A DNA stretch of 64,000 nucleotides from Antedon mediterranea (lineage: Eukaryota; Animalia; Echinodermata). Below are positions 1 to 8,748 of this stretch, piece by piece. The position numbers were made by a program, and so were the translations under genes. The notes under the pieces were generated by a model. That model was not told the origin of the DNA and ran no database searches. It worked only from the letters and a program-made list of their open reading frames with translations. Position 1 is the stretch's first letter. The number at the start of each line of letters is the position of its first letter. The stretch lies in assembly GCF_964355755.1 (NCBI RefSeq), contig NW_027306098.1, forward strand, positions 2,501-66,500. The letters are read 5' to 3'.

Positions 1-2121
1 TTTCACACAAAAACAACAAAGTGCCTACAATAGCTTAATATCGTATTTGGAGACGTTTTAGACAATTTTGTGCGTTTCGATGAAACTTTTCACAAAAAAA
101 CAACAAAGTGCACAAAATAGCTTCAAATCGCATTTGGAGACGTTTTAGACCATGTTGTGCATTTCGAAAAAACTTGATTACACAAAAATATCAAAGTGCT
201 TAAAATCACATTTGAAACCGTTTTAGACCATGTTGAGCATTTCGATAAAACTTTTCACACAAAACATTAAAGTGCTTAAAATCACATTTGAAACCGTTTT
301 AGACCATTTCGAGCATTTCTATAAAACTTTTTACACAAAACATCAAAGTGCACAAAAGAGCTCCAAATCGCATTTGGAGACGTTTTAGACCATTTTGTGT
401 ATTTCGAAAAAACTTTTCACACAAAAACATCAAAGTGCATAAAATAGCTTAATATCGTATTTGGAGACGTTTTAGACCATTTTGTGCGTTTCATTACACA
501 AAACATCAAAGTGCACAAAATAGCTTCAAATCGCATTTGGAGACGTTTTAGACCATTTTGTGCATTTCAATGAGACTTTTCACACAAAAACATCAATTGG
601 CATACAAAAGCTTATTATCGTATTTGGAGACGTTTTTGATCATTTTGTGCATTTCGATGAAACTTTTCACACAAACCATCAAAGTACACAAAATAGCTTC
701 AAATCGCATTTGGAGACGTTTTAGACCATTTTGTGCATTTCGATGAAACTTGATTACACAAATATATCAAAGTGCTTAAAATCACATTTGAAACCGTTTT
801 AGAACATTTCGAGCATTTCTATAAAACTTTTTACACAAAACATCAAAGTGCACAAAAGAGCTCCAAATCGCATTTGGAGACGTTTTAGACCATTTTGTGC
901 ATTTCGAAAAAACTTTTCACCGAAAAACATCAAAGTGCATACAATAGCTTAATATCGTATTTTGAGACGTTTTAGACCATGTTGTGCATTTAGATGAAAC
1001 TTTTCACACAAAACATCAAAGTGCACAAAATAGCTTCAAATCGCATTTGGAGACGTTTTAGACCATTTTGTGCATTTCGATGAGACTTTTCACACAAAAA
1101 CATCAATGTGCATACAAAAGCTTATTATCGTATTTGGAGACGTTTTTGACCATTTTGTGCATTTCGATGAAACTTTTCACACAAAACCATCAAAGTGCAC
1201 AAAATAGCTTCAAATCGCATTTGGAGACGTTTTAGACCATTTTGTGCATTTCGATGAAACTTGATTACACAAAAATATCAAAGTTCTTAAAATTACACAA
1301 TAGCTTCAAATCGCATTTGCAGACGTTTTAGACCATTTTGTGCATTTCGATGAAACTTGATTACACAAAAATATCAAAGTGCTTAAAATCACATTTGAAA
1401 CCGTTTTAGACCATTTCGAGCATTTCTATAAAACTTTTTACACAAAACATCAAAGTGCACAAAAGAGCTCCAAATCGCATTTGGAGACGTTTTAGACCAT
1501 TTTGTGCATTTCGAAAAAACTTTTCACACAAAAACATCAAAGTGCATAAAATAGCTTAATATCGTATTCGGAGACGTTTTAGACCATTTTGTGCGTTTCA
1601 TTACACAAAACATCAAAGTGCACAAAATAGCTTCAAATCGCATTTGGAGACGTTTTAGACCATTTTGTGCATTTCGATGAGACTTTTCACACAAAAACAT
1701 CAATGTGCATACAAAAGCTTATTATCGTATTTGGAGACGTTTTTGACCATTTTGTGCATTTCGATGAAACTTTTCACACAAAACCATCAAAGTGCACAAA
1801 ATAGCTTCAAATCGCATTTGGAGACGTTTTAGACCATTTTGTGCATTTCGATGAAACTTGATTACACAAAAATATCAAAGTTCTTAAAATTACACAATAG
1901 CTTCAAATCGCATTTGCAGACGTTTTAGACCATTTTGTGCATTTCGATGAAACTTGATTACACAAAAATATCAAAGTGCTTAAAATCACATTTGAAACCG
2001 TTTTAGACCATTTTGAGCATTTCGATAAAACTTTTCACACAAAACATCAAAGTTCACAAAATAACTTCAAATCGCATTTGGAGACGTTTTAGACCATTTT
2101 GTGCATTTCGAAAAAACTTGA
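1..2121 (-). repeat. 87-bp-family satellite array, reverse orientation (A-rich strand on +), continues beyond window start
   Basis: Tandem copies of the reverse complement of aaatgcgatttgaagctattttgtgcactttgatgtttttgtgtgaaaagtttcatcgaaatgcacaaaatggtctaaaacgtctcc, plus 78- and 76-bp variants. Internal 597-bp duplication (marker ttcttaaaattacacaatagc at 1284 and 1881). Confidence 0.97.
2118..2121. other. Left copy of 4-bp target-site duplication TTGA
   Basis: The satellite reads aaaaaacTTGAttacac. Here it is aaaaaacTTGA|TG..LTR, and at the other end LTR..CA|TTGAttacac. Confidence 0.93.
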
Positions 2122-2707
2122 TGTAATATAATGTTGCGTTGTTGAGGTACTAATGAAGACTCTTACTCGCTTGACTGTCGTAACACATATATTGTTTATT
2201 CAGTATAATACTTCAGTACAATATACAACTATAAGTATAGATAAGGAACAGAGAATACAGTGATGCTGTCTGTGAGGTGTGAAGTGTGTAGGTCTGCTTC
2301 TGAAGAAGTGGCTGTGAGGTGTGTCTGGGCCCTTCTGAAACTTGGGAGTATATTGGCCCTCGGTTCATTTACATATGTCACTACGTAATCTTAGAGGTTA
2401 CTGATTGGTCCTAAGTTGGTCCAGGGGTGTTTAAGTGGGAGTGATTAACGGTATAATAAGGTATTTCTGTGATGGATAACACTGTCAAATCTGTACTTAA
2501 ATAGTGTCGATCACTCCTGGTTTAACGATGGGAAAAGTCACAAAATTAAGCTAAGTGTTTTCTTTAGGGATTCTATTATAAACTAAATGGTCATTAAAAC
2601 ATCTGGACAAACTCTCCTCTGGACTTTCTGGGTCAAGTTTGTGAACCTATTTGAATTCCGATACAAAGGTCGATTTCTTAAATATAAAAGTATATCGTTA
2701 TATTACA
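2122..2707 (-). repeat. 3' LTR (586 bp)
   Basis: Direct repeat of 12498-13083. Ends are TGTAATATAA...TTATATTACA (10-bp perfect terminal inverted repeat). It abuts the PPT. Confidence 0.97.
2195..2200 (-). terminator. Candidate polyadenylation signal AATAAA in the 3' LTR
   Basis: tttatt on + equals AATAAA in element sense, about 75 nt before the LTR end. Motif and position only. Confidence 0.5.
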
Positions 2708-2733
2708 TCCCTCTGTTTCCCTTTTTTTTTTCT
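2708..2733 (-). other. Polypurine tract (plus-strand primer)
   Basis: Minus strand reads AGAAAAAAAAAAGGGAAACAGAGGGA immediately before the TG of the 3' LTR. Confidence 0.9.
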
Positions 2734-3600
2734 AATCTATTTAAAATATAAAAATGGTTATAATAGTGGCATGCAAAATTAAAGTTATATAAAAGAAAAA
2801 AAACATTATTAAACATATATGCAAAATTGAGTTAGCCAAAACCATTGACTCTGAAGTGTAACCTTATCACTTTCACTCTCTCTCTTTTCTCTCTTAAAAA
2901 AAATTAAAATTAAAAATGAATTTGGTATTAAATTCGCGTAAATCAAACATAAATCGGTTAAAAATAAAATACAAAACTTAAAAATAGTATGTTACATTGA
3001 ACATACATCAAATCGTGCGACAACTCATCGCGTTCTAATGGTCTTCAAACATAAATCATCAAATTAAAACATAAAACTCAAGAAAGCTGTGGCTGATTAG
3101 CCTAAAATCAAATATCAAACTTAATCACTTAAAACTTTAAAAGAAACAAATGTGTGTGTCCCGTTGACACAAACTTATCCACAATATATCGTTATCGTCA
3201 CAACTTTATCGATTTAAGCATTTATATTCACAGGTAATTACGATTTCAATCGGTCGACAAATTCGACTTTTGTACTCAATGTTAAAAAAATTACAATTAA
3301 AAGTACTAAGAAAATCTCCTGTTATTGTATATCAATTAATTAATGTTTGAGATTAACGACTCAAAGGTTAAACAAAATATTTGTTACAAAATGATTGTCG
3401 TTCCTTTTAATATCTCAATATATCGATCATTCAAAATTAATCTTTATCAAAAAACTCGTTACAAAATCAATACTTAAACATAAATTCAATTCTCTTTTAA
3501 CTGAAATCACATCATTATTAAACAAATCTCATCAAATACGTAGACTATGCTATCAATAATTTAGCAAATGTCGTAATTAAAAAAAATTTCTTGCAAAAAA

Positions 3601-4881
3601 TTAAATCAGTAATTTGCGATCATTAGATTCTTGTTTTGTTTTATCGGTGTTGCGTTTGGCTGAAGTCGGTTTAGAATACGAAACTAAAACTTGGAAATGT
3701 CCTGCTTTAAATCTACCTCGGTTTAATGTCATACTTGAATCATTAGGTGCTGTCATAATTAGATTAGTTTGTTCCTTTATTTGTTCTTCTTTCATTTGGA
3801 ATGGGGCTGCTAATCCCATGTTATTCTCTACACAGTCAATGTAAGGTTGCAAGTTAAGGGGTTCTATCTTAGTTGGATGTGTAAGGGTATCTGATTGCAA
3901 TTGGGCGGGTGTCCTATCATGTTCGTCTACAAATTCAACATTGATTTCGTCATTTACTACATTAATGGTGTTTTGGATTTTATCGTTATTATCATCAGTG
4001 GGTTCATTCAACAATTGTTTAAGTTTTTGTAGATGTGTAAAATTTTTGCGTTCTTTGGGTGTTCTCATAAAACAGGGTTTCAGTCTGTTATAATTGAATA
4101 CGTCGCGAAGTATTTCTCCTTTAATCGTTGCTAGGATGTAGTGTGTTCTGTCTAGTACTTCATGAATTACTAATGGTCCGACCCATTCTGCGGCGATTTT
4201 CTTTGAATTTGCCGTTAGTGATGATGATGTTGGCTTGTATAAATATACGAGTTGTCCTACTGAGTAAATTGGACTTTTTTCTAAGCGTTGGGAAATTTTC
4301 GAGTTTTGGACGTTTTGTTGTGTTCGCTGTAATTGTAGCATTGTCTGTGAAATGTTTTGAAATTTCTTCTTGAGGTGTTCAAAGTATTCTTCATAGGAAT
4401 GAGACAATCCTGAAATAGGGTTAAATGCTAATGAGGTCAAACTTGGAGGTTGGCGGCCAAAAACTAATTCGTAAGGGGAGTGGTTTCCTAAATGTGGGGA
4501 TGAAAACGAGTTATAAGCATAACATGTTGTTGATACAAATCTAACCCAATCTGTTCCGAATTGGTTAAGGTTGACCTTTAACAGGTCCGATACGGTGCGG
4601 ATATGACGTTCAACTTGTAAACTACCGTGATTGTGGACGCTGATGATTTTCCTATCAATATTAAGGGTGTTACATAATAGTGTTAATAATTTTCCTGTAA
4701 GGGAGGTTGCTGCATCTGAAATAAGACGAGATGGGGGTCCAAAAATACTGATGACCTTTTGAATTAGTGCTTCACAAATTGTTTCGGCATCAATGGATTT
4801 CAAAGGTACACAAATCAAAAATCTAGTTATCTCATCACATACTACCATAATATGTTTAAAACCTGAAGGTGATGTTGGCAT
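3601..4881 (-). pseudogene. Integrase catalytic core, GPY/F module and ~150-aa C-terminal extension (pol fragment)
   Basis: SLDFK in the same frame just upstream of the called start, then LISD and QVERH (D,D-34-E), SPYELVFGR and WVGPLVI...YNRLKP. Confidence 0.92.
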
Positions 4882-4885
4882 ACTC

Positions 4886-6298
4886 TTAAAATCTAGACTG
4901 AGTGTATGAAAGGGACGGTACTCGATCGTGTAAAGGACGTAACTTATCGGTTTTGGGACGAAATTGTTGACATCTAAGACACGCTTGGGTATAATTGTTG
5001 ACTTTCTCGAACATAAGAGGCATGTAAAATAATTTCCTAATAGTAAGGTAAGTACGCATCGTACCTTGGTGGCTACTTAACAAATTGTCGTGATACTGAG
5101 AAATAATAGTTTCGGCTAAGTTTTCAGGAACGGCTAATTGCAATACAAATTCTCCACCTTTATCTTGGAAAAACAAACGGAATAGTAAACCGTTGCACAA
5201 TATGTACTGCTCTGACTTATTCTGAACTGCACGAGCTGCTTTCTTATCAGCTGGAAGGATATCATGAGCTAAATAATCGTAAACTGGCTTAAAAAATGGT
5301 GAAGTTTCTTTTTCAACACGTAATTGTTTAACATCTACTGGGAGGTTATAATCTCTAATTATCTTTCTTTGAATAACATCCATTAATCTATCTAAGTCTT
5401 GTTGTTTTGGGATGTGTGCTGACTTAAATTCAGTTATGTTGGGTACTAGTGGTTTGGGCGATGTATACAATTCAACTGGTACATTTCGATGTGTAGTATC
5501 TTTGCTTTGCTTATTTTTGTCTACTAGTCGTTCCTCTGGAGGTTGTCGAATGTTCACATTACGTATTGGGGGTGGTGTTACGATAGATGGCGTTATGATA
5601 GGCGGTGATCGATGTGCGTTTGTTTGTTGTCTCGTGATTATCTGTGGTGTAGTGGTAGGTTGAGGTGTAGGTCGCGTGTTTGTTGTCACTGGGTTTTGAT
5701 TAATGACGGGCGTTTGTACTGGTTTGGGTTTATGTAGGTTAGGTATATTTATTCCCATTTTCTTGGCGTATGACCTTGTTACTGGTCTGCAAGTAGATGT
5801 GTTTGTAATCGGGTTAAGAGATTCAGTCTCTGTAATATTAAATGCAATGGGTACAACTTGATCAATTTCGGAATCGTCGTCACGAGGGGCTCGGGAGAGA
5901 AAATCTGCTAAAACTAATTCAGTTCCTTTCTTATAACCAATTTGGAAAATGTATCCGGACAATCGTAATATTAGTTTCTGTAAACGGGGTGTACATGGCT
6001 GATCTTTTGAATTCCAAATTTGTACAATTGCTGAGTGGTCTACGAATGCATCAAATTTGCAACCCTTTAGTAAGTGTCGAAATGCTGAAACGTTAATGTA
6101 AAGTCCAAATAACTCTAATTCTGTGACGCTATATCGTTGACAGGCTTGTGGTAAGATTTTGGAATAATAACCTATTATGTGTTCTGTACCGTTTACTGTT
6201 TGTGTTATATATGAACCTGTTGCGGTTCTTGAAGTGTCGCTATATAGCGTAAATCTACCTTCTTTTCTAGGCATTTGAAGAGTTGGTGGTTTAACCAT
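4886..6298 (-). pseudogene. RNase H, Pro/Thr-rich linker and integrase HHCC zinc-binding domain (pol fragment)
   Basis: LYSDTS, YSVTELEL, VDHSA and LADFLSR give the RNase H D-E-D-D residues. YHDNLLSSHQG...CLRCQ is the HHCC motif. Confidence 0.92.
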
Positions 6299-8030
6299 TA
6301 ATTGTTTAATTTCGTCAAATGCTTTCTGGTGGTCAGTAGACCAAACAAATTTTCGGCGTTTACTCGCGAGTGTATGTAACGGACGTAAAATTGATTGTAT
6401 TTGAGGGAAAAATGGGATACATAATTTACTGCACCAATAAATCGTTTAGTTTCTTTATGGGTTCGTGGGACTGGCAAATTTCGGATAGCTGCACACCTGT
6501 CGCCTAATGGTGTGATACATGCGTGTCCTGAAGAATTAATCAGGATGGTGTGTCCCATATATTGCACTTTATTCTTGAATAACTTACATTTCTTTGGGCA
6601 AATTCTAAAACCATTTAATTGTAGGGCTTGTAAAACGGAAACGAGGTGCTGCTTATGAGCAAATTTGTCTTGGCTAAATAAAATAATATCATCATGATGG
6701 GCGATACAGAATTCTCTAGAATTCGGGATTTCATTTAAAATTTCGTCAATCTTTGCTTGAAATATACCTGGCGAAACGTTTAATCCTTGTGCTAATCTCT
6801 TATAATAATAATGCTTTCCACCATGATATGAAGCTATACCTGTGTATTGTTGGGCATGTTCGGCTAATGGTACACAGTGGAACGCTGATTTCAAATCAAT
6901 TACGCTAAGAATCTGTGCATTAGCGTTACCTATTGTTTTCAAAGTTTCGGCCAATAATGGGAATGGGTGATTAATACGTTTTATCCTGGAATTTAGATAG
7001 CGAAAGTCTGTGACAACTCTTTTATCTTTTGAATTTTTCTTTGAAACAAGAAGGACAGGGGAAGTATACGATTGGTGTCCTACTGCTAAGATTCCTAGTT
7101 TGACTAATTTGTTCAATTCGGCCTCAATAACATTTTTGTCTTTGTCTGTCGCGAAGTATGGTCGAATAAAAAATGGTTCATCGTTAGAGAGGTGTATGTC
7201 AGCTTTGAAGTTTGGGCAGCTAGATAGTTCACCATAAAGTGAAAATGCGTTTCTGTTTTGTTGTAAGGTTTTATACAAATCTTCTTTTTCTCTATGTGTT
7301 AAAACGCTGTCTGTTAAATCAACTTGTTTTCTAATTATTTCTTCCTCGGTTAAAGTTAGCAATGGGTCTGTACGTTCTAAATGTGGGTACTTGTTTGCGT
7401 TGTCATTGGTCAACTTTATTCTATCAATTGGTAGGTCGTTAGTAACTGTTACAAGGTTGGTTAAGTGAAGGCTCGCGATAGGTTGATGTGTATTTAGAGA
7501 TACGTTTCTGTTTGTGTTGTTAGTGATATCAATGTTGGTTTCTCCTCTATGTAATTTTACTAACATATCTGATGGACAAAGTTTTGAAATATGGGTGGTT
7601 GCATGTAGAACAACATCAGAATTGCGTACAAAGGCGGGAACCCTTCCTTTTAATTTAACTGTTCTAGTATCACCGGGTTTAAGAAAAATCTTGTGTACTG
7701 GACGAAAGCTAAAAATCTTTGGTCTAATGCGAAATGTGTTTTCCTTAAAATTTAAAGTACCGTCGAGTTCAGACAATGTTTCGGTTCCAAGTATCAGGTC
7801 AATACCTGTCAAATTTTTAACAATTAACGCTGAAATTTTAAATTTGTGTCCTTGGATAAATAATTCGAATTGCACTAAGTGGTTGGAATATAAGAAGTCA
7901 CCGTTACCTAATCGAAATTTAGTTGTATTCACTTTAATTGGCTTTAGACGCGATAAGTAAAGTGAGGAATTAACGTACGATTGTGAGATTATAGTTCTAG
8001 TTGAACCACTGTCAAATAAAGTTAAACATT
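6298..8030 (-). pseudogene. Aspartic protease and reverse transcriptase (pol fragment)
   Basis: The frame of ORF 6298-7932 extends upstream to CLTLFDSGSTRTIIS. RT motifs follow. After ~6410 the plausible protein (FPQIQSILRPLHTL..FVWS..HQKAFDEIK) continues in the frame of ORF 4886-6298. Confidence 0.92.
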
Positions 8031-8112
8031 TCTACCATCTGGTAAATTTCCTTTAACGTAATTTCTGTCGTTAAGTAACAAATCAATATTATCTAAATTC
8101 CCTAAGTATTTT

Positions 8113-8173
8113 GCCTTAAAATAGTATGGGGGGCCAGATTATAGGCGGCATCTAGTCCCCTTTTTAAAAATCC
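8113..8173 (-). promoter_or_regulatory. Putative -1 programmed ribosomal frameshift signal at the gag/pol junction
   Basis: G GAU UUU directly before the gag UAA, a 6-nt spacer, then a stem GGGG-A-CUAGAU / AUCUGG-C-CCCC. Loop GCCU could pair with downstream AGGC to form a pseudoknot. Confidence 0.65.
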
Positions 8174-8586
8174 TGCTGGTGGCTAGGGTAGTAATTGTTT
8201 GACTGTTGGTATGGGTATGGCAGGGGATAGTTTCCGTAAGAACGGTTTTGTTGTCGGCAGTGCCTTGCTATGTGGCCTGGTTTCCCGCAGTAATAACAGG
8301 TTGGGGGAGGTTGTCTATATCTTGGGGTCGGTGGGGTCTGGAATCGGGGTTTGTATGGGCTTGGGCTTCGGTTTCGTCTTGGGATATAATTTCGGGTGGG
8401 GGAACGTGAGCGTCGAGTATCATCATTAAGGGATCGTTTTGTTGTGGCCATGTCTAACTTGAGAGAATTTATCTCATGTTGGAGCGATTCGAGACTATTA
8501 TCTGTTTCCTTATTGATATTGAATGAAACTTCCCGTGTGGCATCATCTACGGAAAGATCAAGGTAATTTTGTGTGCTATTTACGAT
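8164..8586 (-). pseudogene. gag: Gag C-terminal part (140 aa: coiled region, RS-rich stretch, CCHC zinc knuckle), separated from the N-terminal part by the LINE
   Basis: Open from IVNSTQNYLDL through RRSRSPTR to CYYCGKPGHIARHC (CX2CX4HX4C). Joins in frame to 11224-11760 when the LINE and one AAT are removed, giving a 319-aa Gag. Confidence 0.9.
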
Positions 8587-8589
8587 ATT

Positions 8590-8614
8590 TTTTTTATTTA
8601 TTTATTTATTTATT
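8590..8614 (-). repeat. LINE 3' tail, (AATA)5 followed by a short A run
   Basis: The + strand shows a T run followed by atttatttatttatttatt at the downstream junction with gag. Confidence 0.9.
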
Positions 8615-8636
8615 CTGGTATAAAACTTACAACAAG

Positions 8637-8650
8637 TAGCCGCAAGGCTA
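8637..8650 (-). other. Small stem-loop in LINE 3' UTR (UAGCC-UUGC-GGCUA)
   Basis: Perfect 5-bp stem about 22 nt upstream of the tail, the position of the RT-recognition hairpin known from L2-clade LINEs. Confidence 0.55.
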
Positions 8651-8748
8651 AAAACGTTGCAATTACAAAATTACTATACAATACTTACATAACAAAAAAA
8701 AGGATGTAAAAAAATGAAATAACAACAATATCACTCTGACTTTTTGGC

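Larger units (their letters stand above)
3601..8170 (-). pseudogene. pol: Gypsy pol (protease, RT, RNase H, integrase) broken by at least four frameshifts
   Basis: Protease LFDSGS (~8002-8019) and DLILG; RT VTDFRYLN, IDLKSAF, LAQGL, HHDD, YMGH; RNase H and integrase motifs in successive frames. Frame breaks near 8130, 8030, 6410 and 4918. Confidence 0.93.

Noticed and set aside
2122-2707. LTR as a MITE or DNA transposon because of its 10-bp terminal inverted repeat
   Set aside because: Short terminal inverted repeats are normal integrase attachment sites. The PPT, PBS and a TSD flanking the whole 11-kb unit identify these as LTRs.
2734-3600. Possible env or extra ORF between integrase and the 3' LTR
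   Set aside because: AT-rich with no ORF of 60 aa or more in the track and no recognisable signal peptide or transmembrane remnant. Treated as 3' UTR.
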